A stretch of 64,000 nucleotides of DNA from an uncultured Gammaproteobacteria bacterium (GTDB taxonomy: Bacteria > Pseudomonadota > Gammaproteobacteria > Steroidobacterales > Rariloculaceae), in assembly GCA_963841645.1 (NCBI GenBank), contig CAWJDS010000008.1, forward strand, positions 283,954 to 347,953, given 5' to 3'. Each line of letters begins with the position of its first letter. The first letter of the stretch is position 1. The position numbers and the translations under genes were made by a program. The notes under the pieces are model-generated. The model saw only the letters and a program-made list of their open reading frames with translations. It did not search any database and was not told the origin of the DNA. This document shows positions 21,305-33,944 of this stretch, piece by piece.

Positions 21305-24040
21305 ATGTCATCCACCTCACGCACCGTCCGCGCCAACATCGTCTTCGCCGAGAAGGATCAGGCGCTGCGCGAGGACGTGCACCGGCTCGGCGAGCTCGTC
21401 GGCGAGATCGTCCGCGAGCAGGGCGGCGAGGCGCTGTTCGACCTCGTCGAGACCGCGCGCCGCGCCGCGATCGCGCGCCGCGAGGGCGATCCGAGCGCCT
21501 ACGCGGAATTGAAGACGCTGCTGTCGGCGCTCGCGCCGAGCACCGCGCGCGACTTCATCCGCGCGTTCTCGACCTACTTCCAGATGGTCAACACGGCCGA
21601 GAAGGTCCATCGCCTGCGTCGCCGCCGCGCGTACCTGCGCGACTCGAAGACGCCGCAGCCGTATAGCTTCCTCGACATCCTGCAGCGGCTCAAGGCCGAG
21701 GGCGTCGACGCGGACGAGGTCGAGCGGCTGCTCGAGCGCATCCTCGGTCGAGCCGGTGTTCACCGCGCTGCCGACCGAGGTCACGCGCCGCACGCTGCTG
21801 CGCAAGGAGCAGAGCATCGCGCGCCGCCTCGTGCGGATGATGGATCCTTATCTCACGCCCGACGAGCTCGGCGCGATGCTCGGCCAGATTCGCCAGGACA
21901 TGACGACCGGCTGGCAGACTGCGGAGCACCCGGACGAAGGCATTCGCCTGCGCGACGAGGCCGAGCACGTGCTGTTCTTCCTGACCGACGTGCTCTACCG
22001 AATGGTGCCGCCGTTCTACGAGAACCTCGAAAGCGCGCTCGCCGCGACGTTCCCGGAGCGCGGCCTGAACGTTCGAGTGCCGACGATCGTGAAGTTCGGC
22101 AGCTGGGTCGGCGGCGACATGGACGGCAATCCGCACGTCACCGCGAAGAGCATCCGCGAGACGCTCGCGCGCCAGCGCGCGCTCGCGCTCGAGCACTACT
22201 ATCGCGAGTGCCATGATCTCGCGGGCCACCTGAGCCAAAGCGCGACCCGCGTCGGCGTCGCCGAAGAGCTCGAGCGGCGGACCCAGCTCTACGCGGGCCA
22301 TTTCCAAGAGGCCGCGAGCTCGCTGCCCGCTCGTCATCGGCGCATGCCGTACCGCGCCTTCCTGCGGCTCGTCGGCGCACGCCTTCAGGCGACGTATCGA
22401 CGACGCCGCGTTCCCGTACGAGTCTTCCGACGAGCTCGTCGCCGATCTCGATCTGATCGCCGACAGCCTGCGCGCGAACAGGGGCCGCCACGCAGGACTG
22501 TTCGGCGTGCGGCGGCTGCTGCGGCGAGTGCAGACGTTCGGCTTCTGCATCGCGGCGCTCGACATTCGTCAGAACGCGCTCGTGCATCGGCGCGTGATCG
22601 GCGAGGCGCTGCAGGAGAACAGCTGGCTCGCGCTCGACGACGCCGAGCGCGCGCGTCGGCTCGCCGAGGCGCTCGAGCGACGCGAGTCGCCGCTCGGCGC
22701 GCTATCGACCGAAGGGCGGCGCACGCTCGCGATCTTCCAGACGATCGCGCATTGCCGGCGCAAGTACGGGCGCGACGCGATCGGCGTGTACATCGTGAGC
22801 ATGGCCCACGGCGCCGACGACGTGCTCTCGGTGCTGCTGCTCGCGAAATGGGGGCACCTCGGGCCGAAAGGCGCGGCCGTGCCGCTCGACATCGCGCCGC
22901 TGTTCGAGACCGTCGAGGACGTCGCGCGCGCGCCCGAGATCATGGACAAGCTGCTCGCCGACCCGCGCTATCGCGAGCATCTGCGCGGGCGCGGCAATCG
23001 ACAGGTCGTGATGCTCGGCTACGCCGACAGCCATCGCGACGGCGGCTTCGCGGCGGCGCGCTGGAGCCTACACGAGGCGCAGGAAGCGCTCGTTGAGACC
23101 GCCGCGCGGCACGGCGTCGAGCTCACGCTGTTCCACGGCCGCGGCGCGACGCTGAGCCGCAACGCGGGCGCACTTGCACGAAGCCGTGCTCGCCGCGCCG
23201 CACGGCGCGATCGCGGGCCGCCTGCGGATGACCGAGCAGGGCGAGTCGATCAACTCGAAGTACGGCCTGCGCGGCATCGCGATGCGCAGTCTCGAGCAAA
23301 CGGTGTCGTCGGTTCTGCTCGTGACCGCGCGGCCGCCGCCGACCAATCCCGCCGAGCCGCGTTGGCACGCGATCATGAACGACCTCTCGCGCGCGAGCCG
23401 CGGCGCATATCAGAGCCTCCTGTACGAGTCGGGCGATTTCATGAGCTACTTCCGCGCCGCGACTCCGATCGACGTGATCGAGCGAATCGGCAGCACGTCG
23501 GAGCGTGCGGAGCATCTCGGGGAGTCGAGCGCCGAGCCGAGTGCCGCGCTCTGGATCTTCGCGTGGCTCCAGAACCGCTGTCTCCTGCCGAGCTGGTTCG
23601 GCGTTGGCACGGGCCTCAAGGTCGCGTTCGAAAAGCACGGCGAGCCGGCGCTGGTCGAGATGTTCGAGCAGTGGCCGTTCTTTCACGTGCTGCTGGCGGA
23701 CGTCAGCATCGCGCTCGCGAAGGCCGACCTCGACATCGCGGCGCTGTACTCGCAGCTCGCGGGCCCGCTGCACGAGCGGTTCTTCCCGGTGATCCGCAGC
23801 GAGTACAAGAGCTGTGTCGACCTCGTGCTCAAGCTCACTCGTCAGCGCGAGCTGCTCGAAGCTTCGAGAATCCTGCGGCGCGCGATTCGCCTGCGCAATC
23901 CGTACGTCGATCCGATCAGCTTTCTGCAGGTCGACATGCTCGAGCGCTGGCGCGCCGGCGGCCGGCAGAACGACGCGGTGCTCCAAGCGCTGACGGCGAG
24001 CATCCACGGCATCGCGCACGCGATGCAGACGACGGGTTAA
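21305..24040 (+). CDS. ppc: phosphoenolpyruvate carboxylase, reading frame interrupted (~21745, ~22400, ~23165)
   Basis: FSTYFQMVNTAEK, FGSWVGGDMDGNP, MLGYADSHRDGG, FHGRGATLSR, RMTEQGE and a C-terminal NGIAHAMQTTG-type ending (IHGIAHAMQTTG). The expected TAHPTE motif reads TALPTE. Confidence 0.92.
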
Positions 24041-24043
24041 TGC

Positions 24044-24725
24044 TCAGGCCGGGACGAGCCGGCCGCTCTCGAGCTCGATCAGCCGATCGCAGCGCCGCGC
24101 GGCGTCCAAGTCGTGCGTAACGAGCACGAGCGTCGTGCCTTTCGCGGAGTTCATGTCGAACAGGAGATTCAGGATGCGCGCGCCCGTCTTGTTGTCCAAG
24201 TTGCCCGGTCGGCTCGTCGGCGAAGAGCAGCGACGGGCCAGCGACGAACGCGCGCGCGATCGCGACTCGCTGTTTCTCGCCGCCCGACAGCTGCCGCGGA
24301 TAATGACGCAGGCGCTGCTCGAGCCCGACGTCGGTCAACGCTTCGCGCGCGCGAGCAGCGGCATTCGGCGAGCCGCTGAGCTCGAGCGGCAACATCACGT
24401 TCTCGATGGCAGTGAGCGCGGGCAGGAGATGAAACGACTGGAACACGAAGCCGACCTCGCGATTGCGCATGCTCGCGCGGCCGTCCTCGTCGAGCGCCGT
24501 GAGCTCCGCGCCGTTCAACCAGACTTGGCCCGAGCTCGGCTCGTCGAGCCCTGCGAGCAGCGCGAGCAGCGTCGATTTGCCGGCACCCGACGGCCCGACG
24601 ATCGCGGCGGTCGAGCCGCGCGCGACGTCGAACGTCACTTCGTCGAGGATGGTCAGCTCGCCCTCCGGGCTGCTAACCTTTTTCGTCAGCCCTCGGGCTC
24701 GTAATACGAACTCACCGCCGCTCAT
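24044..24725 (-). CDS. ABC transporter ATP-binding protein (YbbA/LolD-like), reading frame interrupted (~24210)
   Basis: GPSGAGKSTLL, LSGGEKQRVAIARA and LLFADEPTG, then NLDNKTGARILNLLFDMNS..TTLVLVTHD in a second frame. Divergent from tesA, as in the enteric tesA/ybbA arrangement. No permease gene follows. Confidence 0.8.
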
Positions 24726-25343
24726 GCTCGAACGCCTCAAACTGCTAGTGACGCTCGCCGTCTTGTTCGTGTCGGCGAGCGCGTCTGCCGCGCAGACGAT
24801 CGTCGTCGTGGGCGATTCTTTGAGCAGCGGCTATGGACTCACCGCCGAGCAATCGTGGGTATCGATGCTTAGGGAACGCCTCGCATGCGGAAGCGTACGG
24901 TTATGACGTCGTGAACGCCAGCATCGCGGGCGACACGTCGGCCGGCGGGCTTGCGAGGCTGCCGCGGCTGCTGAAGGAGCACTCGCCCGACGTCGTCGTG
25001 ATCGAGCTCGGCGGCAACGACGGCCTGCGCGGCCAACCGGTCGACACGCTGCGCGCGAATCTTGCGAAGATGATCGAGCTCAGCCAGCAGCGCGGCGCGC
25101 GCGTGCTGCTCGCGGGCATGCAGATCCCGCCGAACTATGGGGCCGGCGTACACGCAAGCGTTTGCGGCCGTGTATCCGGAGCTCTCGATGCGCTATCACG
25201 TCGCGCTCGTCGACTTCCTGCTCGCGGGCGTCGCGCTGCACCCGGAGCTCATGCAGGGCGACGGAATCCATGCGAACGCGGCCGGCCAGAAGATCGTGTT
25301 CGCCAACGTCTGGCGCGTGCTTCCCGGCGTCTTGCGACGCGCA

Positions 25344-25347
<4 letters not shown>
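24724..25347 (+). CDS. tesA: SGNH/GDSL arylesterase / acyl-CoA thioesterase I, reading frame interrupted
   Basis: Signal peptide, then block I VVVGDSLSSGYG, block III ELGGNDGLRG and block V DGIHAN, spread over three frames (shifts ~24885, ~25140). The probable TGA 25345-25347 overlaps the fadD ATG. Confidence 0.8.
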
Positions 25348-27033
<1,686 letters not shown>

Positions 27034-27045
<12 letters not shown>

Positions 27046-28303
27046 GTGCCAGCCGAGATACAGAAGCAGGCCGACGAGACCGCCGACGACCGTGCCGTTC
27101 ACGCGGATGAACTGTAGGTCTGTGCCGATCGCGAGCTCGATGCGGCGCGACGTCGCGCCCGGGTCCCACTGCTCGATCGTCTCGGACACGATCTCGCTCA
27201 AGCGGGTCGCGGTAGTTCTCGACGAGGTAGAGCAGCACTTGCTCGAGCCAGCGTTGAGCTTCGCGGCGACGGCTGGCTCGCTCGCGAGCGACGCGCCGAT
27301 TCCGCGGATCTCGCGCTCGACGCCGAGCCGCAGCGGCGAGCGCGGCGTCCGCGAGCGCCGCGTGCAGATCGGTGTCGAGCCGCTGCCAGAGATCGTGCGC
27401 GTACGAGCGAACCGCGGGGTGCTCGATCACCTCGGTCTGCAGCGCGCGGCTGCGCGCCGCGAGCGCGGGGTCGTGCGCGAGCGAGTCCTTGAGCGACTTG
27501 AGCGCAGCGGCGATCTCGGTGCGCGCGGGATGGCGCGGATCGCTCGCGATCGCGTCGAGGATTTGCTCGAGCCCGCCGACGAGCTCGTCGAAGATCTGCT
27601 GATCGACGAACTTCGGCAGCCACCACGGGCTGCGCTCGTGGATGCGCACCCGGATCAGCACGCGTTGACTCTCGAGCTGCGTGCGCGCGAGCGCTACGAG
27701 CTTGTCGATCAGGGTCTGCGCGTGCGCGCCGGACAGCAGCACCTCGAGCAACGCGGCGAGGCCCGAGCTCACCGGCACCGCGTCGAAAGCGCCGCGCAGG
27801 ATCGTGCCGAGCCCGTTGCGAAGCTCGTTGCCGTCGCTCGCGCGCAGCAGCCAGTCGAGCGCCGCCCCCAAGTCGCGCGTCACGCGCGCCGCGTTCTCCT
27901 CCTTGGCTAGCCACGCGCCGAGCCGCGCGGCGAGATCGGTGCGCGCGAGACGCCGCTCGATCGCCTCGCGCACCAGGAAGTTGTCGCGGATGAAACGCGC
28001 GAGCGCGCGGCCGATGTCGTCCTTGCGAGTCGGCACGATCGCGGTGTGCGGGATCGGCAACCCGAGTGGCCGGCGAAAGAGCGCAGTCACGGCGAACCAG
28101 TCCGCGAGCCCGCCGATCAGCGCGGCCTCCGCGAACGCGCGCACCGCGCCGAGCCACGGCCAGCGATCGAGAAACGCATTCGCGGCGAGCAGCGCTACAC
28201 CCATCGCGACGAGCAACGCGGTCGCGAAGGCGCGCATGCGGCGGAGCCGGACTCGCGCCGCGAGGTCCGGAGAAGGTGCGGGTCCGAGCGCGGGCTCGTT
28301 CAT
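27034..28303 (-). CDS. DUF445-family membrane protein (YjiN-like), C-terminal part out of frame
   Basis: GGLADWFAVTALFRRPLGLPIPHTAIVP near the N-terminus. The C-terminal GTDLQFIRVNGTVVGGLVGLLLYLGW is readable only after frame changes at ~27335, ~27255 and ~27200. Convergent 12-nt overlap with fadD. Confidence 0.7.
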
Positions 28304-29030
28304 CCGAACAGTGCGGCGATCTCTTCCTGGATCGAGAGCGCGGCACGGCGCGGGTCGGCCGCGTCGCGAATGGGACGGCCGACGACGATGTGGTCGGCGC
28401 CGGCCGAAAACGCGCGCGTCGGCGTGACGACGCGGCGCTGGTCGTCGCCGCCTTTCGCGTCGGCGGGGCGGATGCCTGGCGTCACGATCAGAGGGGCCGC
28501 GCCGAGCGCCGCGCGCAGTCGTGCGGCCTCGAGGCCGGACGCGATCACGCCGTCGGCGCCCGCGGCGACGGCCCGCGTCGCGCGTTGCTCGACGAACGCC
28601 TCGAGCGGCACCTCGACGCCCATGTCTTTGAGATCGCTCGGCGCGACGCTCGTGAGAACGGTGACCGCGAGAATCTTGAGCCGTTCACCCTTGTCGGCTG
28701 CGGCGGCCTCGACGACTCCGCGGTCGCCGTGCACCGTGAGAAACGACGCGCCCGAGCGTGCGAGCTGACGCACCGCGGCGCCCACGGTCGCGGGGATGTC
28801 ATAGAGCTTCCAGTCGGCGAACACCTTGTTGCCGCGCTCGACGAGCCAGCGTGAGCAGCTCGAAGTAATGCGCGCGACGTCGCGAGCTCGAGCCCGATCT
28901 TATAGAACGACACCGAGTCGCCGAGCGTGCCGACGAGCTTCTTCGCGGCGCCGAGGTCCGGCACGTCGAGCGCGAAGATCAACCGGTCGCGCGTCGGGAT
29001 CTTAGGTTGGGATGCGGCGGGCACGTGCAA
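28300..29030 (-). CDS. pyrF: orotidine 5'-phosphate decarboxylase, reading frame interrupted (~28860)
   Basis: [29 protein letters not shown] and IVVGRPI motifs. Its stop overlaps the upstream DUF445 gene start (ATGA). The start codon is uncertain (TTG 29030 or GTG 29024). Confidence 0.85.
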
Positions 29031-29115
29031 AGTCTAACAGAGCCAAGTGCCCAACCTTGCCCGCGTCGGCGGAGTCTCGAGCGATGGCGGCCGACGCGCG
29101 CGAGACGAATCCGGC

Positions 29116-30280
29116 TCAGCGCCTCGCGCGCAGCGCGTCGCGCGTCTGCAAAGCGAAACGGTCCGTCATGCCCGCGATGTAGTCGGCGACGACGCGCGCG
29201 GCGGCGGCCTCATCGCCGCGCTTGGCCGCGGCGCGCGCGCGCTCGGCGTGCTCCTCGGGCATCAACGCGTAGTCGGCCGATAGCATCTCGAACAGCCAGC
29301 GCACGGTCTCCTGCGCCTGCTCCGTCATCAGGCGAACGTGGCTGTGGCCGTAGAGCTCGAGCGCGCAAGAACTTTTTCAGCGCGTGCTGCGCGTCGTGCA
29401 GCGCGGCCGGGAAGCGGATCAGAGGCTGCGCGAGTAAGCGCACGGCGTCGATGTCGCGCGGCGCCGCCGCGGCTATCGCCTCCGCGCTCGACTCGATCAA
29501 GCCCGAGACCAGAGTGGCTGATCATTCGGCGCACGGTCTCGCTGCCGAGCCGCTGCGGCTTGAGAGCGGAGTGGCGCTGTTCGACCCAACGCATGTGCTC
29601 CGCGAAGAACGGCAGCTCCCCGAGCTGCTCGAGCGTGATCAGCCCCGAGCGCAGGCCATCGTCGACGTCGTGATTGTTGTACGCGATCTCGTCGGCGAGA
29701 TTCGCGAGCTGCGCCTCGAGGCTCGGCTGGTGGCGCTCGAGGAATCGTTTGCCGACGTCGCCGAGCTCGCGCGCGTTCTTGAGCGAGCAGTGCTTCAGGA
29801 TTCCCTCGCGCGTCTCGAAGGTGAGGTTCAACCCGCGGAAGCTCGCGTAGCGCTCCTCGAGCTCGTCGACCACGCGCAGCGACTGCAAGTTGTGCTCGAA
29901 GCCGCCGAGCTCGCGCATGCAAGCGTCGAGCGCGTCCTGGCCCGCGTGCCCGAACGGCGTGTGGCCGAGGTCGTGCGCGAGGCTGATCGCCTCGACGAGG
30001 TCCTCGTTTAGGGACAGCGCGCGCGCGACGGTGCGTGCGATCTGCGCGACCTCGAGCGAGTGCGTGAGGCGCGTGCGATACAGGTCGCCCTCGTAGTTCA
30101 CGAACACCTGGGTCTTGTAGACGAGGCGCCGGAACGCGGTCGAGTGGATCACGCGATCGCGGTCGCGTTGGAACTCCGTGCGATACGCCGGCGGATCTTC
30201 GGCGTAACGCCGCCCGCGCGAGGTCGACGAGTGGCCGCGTACGGCGCGAGCTCTCGGCCGGACTCGAACGGCGCGATCAT
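29116..30280 (-). CDS. dgt: dGTP triphosphohydrolase-like HD-domain protein, reading frame interrupted
   Basis: [49 protein letters not shown] and [14 protein letters not shown]. The C-terminal [11 protein letters not shown] is in another frame. ATG 30280 overlaps the aroB stop (ATGA). Confidence 0.85.
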
Positions 30281-31352
30281 CGAGACGCGGCCGCAATCAC
30301 CGCGCGCAATAGCGGACGTTCCGGGGCCGGCGAGACGACCGCGCGGCCGAGCTGCTCGATGAGGATCAGCTTCACGCCCTTGCGGTCGGCCTTCTTGTCG
30401 AGCTGCATGCGATCGAGCAGGCTGTCGGGGTCGACGCCGGTGGCCGCGGTCGGCAGCCCCGCTTTCGTCGAGCAGCTGCCTCGATGCGCTCGCACTCGCG
30501 CGCGCCGATCCAACCCATGGCCGCAGACGTGCGCGCGGCGAGCACCATGCCGAGCGCGACGGCCTCGCCGTGCAGCCAACGCTCGTAACCGCCGATCGCC
30601 TCGAGCGCGTGGCCGAACGTGTGGCCGAGATTCAGCAGCGCGCGCCGCCCGTGCTCGCGCTCGTCCTCGGCGACGATCGCGGCTTTGATCTCGCAGCTGC
30701 GGCGGATCGCGTAAGCGAGCGCCGCGGCGTCGAGCGCGCGGAGCTTGCGTCATGGCGTTCTCGAGCCACGCGAAGAACTCCGCGTCGACGATCACGCCGT
30801 ACTTGATCACCTCGGCGAGGCCGGCCGCGCAGCTCGCGCGGCGGCAGCGTCTTGAGCGTGTCCGTGTCGGCGAGCACCGCGATCGGCTGGTGGAACGCGC
30901 CGATCATGTTCTTCGCGCGCGGATGGTTGACGGCCGTCTTGCCGCCGACCGACGAGTCGACCTGCGCGAGCAGCGTCGTCGGCACCTGCATGAAGTCGAC
31001 GCCGCGTTGGAAGCTCGCGGCCGCGTAGCCCGTGACGTCGCCGACCACGCCGCCGCCGAGCGCGACGAGGCAGCTGTCGCGGTGAAACCGCGAGTCGACG
31101 AGCCGGTCGACGATCGATCCGAACGTCGCGAGCGTCTTGTGCCGCTCGCCGTCCGGCAGCACGACGGTCTGCACGTCGCGCTCGCGCGAGCGCCGCGCGT
31201 ACCGCGTCCAAGTAGAGCGGCGCGACGACCTCGTTGCTGACGATCAGGATCTGCTTCGCGGCGGTCGTGTAGAGCGCCGAGTCGGCGATCAGGCCGGGAC
31301 CGATGTGAATCGGATAGCTGCGCGCGCCAAGCGCGACGGTAAGGCTGTCCAC
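30277..31352 (-). CDS. aroB: 3-dehydroquinate synthase, reading frame interrupted many times
   Basis: [70 protein letters not shown] and EVIKYG are spread over at least three frames. Confidence 0.88.
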
Positions 31353-31410
31353 GGCGCGAAGGTTCGCAGGCGGTCCCGGTTTTTGCAACGCCCGTTTTCT
31401 TGATGGCGTT

Positions 31411-31937
31411 AGCCGCTTGCGTCGAGCGCGGCTCCGCACATCCGACGCGACGGCGCCCGACCTGCCTGCCCGTCGTGTCGATGCGGATGTCGGCGATCGA
31501 TTCGTAGAGCGGCCGGCGGATCGACATCAGGCGCTCGAGAATCGCGCGCGGGTCGCCGCTCTTCGAGCAGCGGCGCGATTGCGCGACGGCTGTGTGCGCT
31601 TCAGCTGCGCGTCGACGCGTCGCCTCGAGATAGACGACTGTGCCGGTCGCCGCGAGCCGCTCGCGGTTCTCGGGATCGAGCACCGCGCCGCCGCCGGTCG
31701 CGACGACGACGCCGTCGAGCGCGGTGAGCGCCGCGATCACGTCGCGCTCGCGCTCGCGAAAGCGCGGCTCGCCTTCCTTCTCGAAGATGTAGGGATGTCG
31801 ACGCCGCAGCGGCGCTCGATCTCGGCGTCGCTGTCGAGGAACTGCTTGTCGAGCAGCGCCGCGAGCCGCTTGCCGACTGCGGTCTTGCCCGAGCCCATCG
31901 GGCCGATCAGGTAGACGTTCGTGCGCTGGGTCGCCAC
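31411..31937 (-). CDS. aroK: shikimate kinase, reading frame interrupted; 3' end uncertain
   Basis: GTG 31937, then NVYLIGPMGSGKTAVGKRLA, LDSDAEIE and VVATGGGAVL. Lies upstream of aroB as in the usual aroK-aroB pair. The C-terminus could not be resolved. Confidence 0.78.
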
Positions 31938-31979
31938 GGGCGACAGTCTAGCGGTTGCGCTCGCGCGGCCGCAGCCGGC

Positions 31980-32014
31980 CGAAAAAAGAGAAGGCCGGCA
32001 CAAGGCCGGCCTTC
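31980..32014 (-). terminator. rho-independent terminator downstream of the Ig-like lipoprotein gene
   Basis: Minus strand reads GAAGGCCGGC-cttgt-GCCGGCCTTC followed by TCTTTTTTCGG. It lies 28 nt after the lipoprotein stop and before the aroK start. Confidence 0.75.
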
Positions 32015-32041
32015 GTCGATGCGCTTCAGTGCGCGCGGTCG

Positions 32042-33900
32042 TTACGGGCCGTCCGGAGGCGGCGGCGTCGCGCAATTTTGGTCGCTGCCGAACGGACTGA
32101 CCACGCCCGGCGGAGCGTTGGTTTGGCTCGTGAAGTCCGCCGCCGAGCCGTCCGGCACGAACACGCGTCGTTTCGGAGAACTCCGTGCCCTGAACCGTGA
32201 GCTTCGCGGTCAACGCGACCTCGAGCCAATAGGCATACGCCTGCGGGTAGAACACGTCGAACAGCGCGAAGCCGTTCTTGTCTGTCGTCGCCGTGTTGGC
32301 GGTTCCGGTTTCCGGCACGACGGTCAAGATGTTGCCGGCCTCGATCTTGTTGTTACCGTTCAGGTCCTCGCCCGCGTCGAGCACGCCGTTGTGGTTCACG
32401 TCCTCGTCAGGGCAGCCAACCGCTGGGACGTGCGGCGTAGCCCAGAACGTCGGCGGTCCGGAGGAGAACACGCGCGTGCCTTCCCAGTAGTGCCTCGACA
32501 ACACGCTCAGCGAAACGTCGGCACCGACCACGCCGTTGCCCTGCGAGTCGGTGACCTGAATGACCCATTGCGTCTTGTACTGAGCCTGGTTCGGCTCTTC
32601 GATCTGGTTGCCCGTGCCGAAGCTGATGAACACCTGGCGCTGCGCGACCGTGAGCTGCACGAAGTCGGTCACGGCCGTGCCCTGCACGGTCGCGTCCACG
32701 CGCACGCCGTTCGCGGCGCTCGTCGCGTTGCTCGCGTTGTAGAACGTCTTCGCTTGGCCCTGGCTGTTCGTGACGGCTTGCGCGACGGACAGCGATCCGC
32801 CGGTCACGTCCGTCAGCACGAAGTTCACGGTCTGGTTCTTCACGAAGTTGCCGGCCGCATCGCGAACCGTCGCCGTCAACGCGCTCTGAGCGTTGGCCGC
32901 GATCGTGAACGGAGACGCCTGCAAGTCGAGCGAAGCGGGCGTGATCGCGACGAACTCGATGTTCAGCTGAACGCTCGTGCCATCCGTGTTCGTCGCGGTG
33001 ACGACCCCGGGGCCCGCGTTGGTCGCCGTGACCGTCACGGTCGCGTCGCCCGACGCGTTGGTGTTCGCGCTCCCCACATTCAAAGTGCCGCGCGTCGTCG
33101 AGAACGTGATCGGCGAGTTCGCGACGGCCGCGTTGTTCTTCTTCCAATTGACGGTGACCGCTACCGGAGTGCCGAGCGCGACCTCCGTGTTCGCCGCCGG
33201 CGCAGATGAACACGAACGCGTCCGCCGACACGTTGACGCTGATCGTCGCCTGTATGCCGAGCGCGCTCGCCGTCAGCGTGTCCACGCCGTTGTTGTTCGC
33301 GGTCAAGTTGAACGACGCGCTGCCCGTGCCATCCGTGAAGACCGGCGTCTGCGAGATGCCGTTGGCCTTGGACGAGGTGATCGTGACGGACTTGTTCGCG
33401 ATGCCCGCGCCGGCGCCGGTCGTGAGCACCACGTTGTACTTGCCGGTGCTGCCGGTCGGCAACGCGGTCGGCCCGTTGAGCGAGAGCGCAGTGCCCGTGA
33501 CGCCGACGCTGACGGTGCTCTGCGCGCTGCCGCTCATGCCCGTGACCGTGATCGTGCGATTCGTCTGGTCGCCCGCGGTGCTCAGGGTGGCGGTCACTAC
33601 GCCGTTCTTGTCCGTCGTAGACGGTTGCGCGGCGACGAGCGCGCCCGAGGTCGCGGTGAATTGCACCGCTTGACCCGGGACCACGTTGTTGGTGGCGTCG
33701 CGTACGAGCGCGGTGATCGTCGCGTTCGCGGAGCCGTCCGACGGAATCTGCGGGCTCGAGGTCAGCAGCGTGAGGCTCGCGGCCGAGCCGCCGCCGGCGC
33801 CGGTGGTTCCACCGGGGTTGGTTATCGAATTGTCGCTGCCGCTGCACGCGCACAGCGCGAGCGTCGCGGCCGCCAACAGCCAATGCTTCAACGTTTGCAT
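32042..33900 (-). CDS. lipoprotein with tandem bacterial Ig-like (Big_1/invasin-type) repeats, reading frame interrupted (~33200, ~32165)
   Basis: Lipobox-type signal LLAAATLALCAC. At least four repeats of the type ..ITALVRDATNNVVPGQAVQFTATSG...TDKNGVVTATL. C-terminal Asp-rich segment PDEDVNHNGVLDAGEDLNGNNK and ending ..NCATPPPPDGP. AAGGA lies before ATG 33900. Confidence 0.7.
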
Positions 33901-33944
33901 AGTCCCTGATCCTTTAAGCTAGAGACGTCCGTATTCCCTGCGCG

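Noticed and set aside
31737-33083. A 448-aa ORF joining Ig-like repeats to a P-loop (GPMGSGKT) segment
   Set aside because: It is a chimera of the lipoprotein middle part, an out-of-frame tail and the aroK N-terminus. The lipoprotein really ends at 32042 in another frame, and a strong terminator (31980-32014) lies between the two genes.
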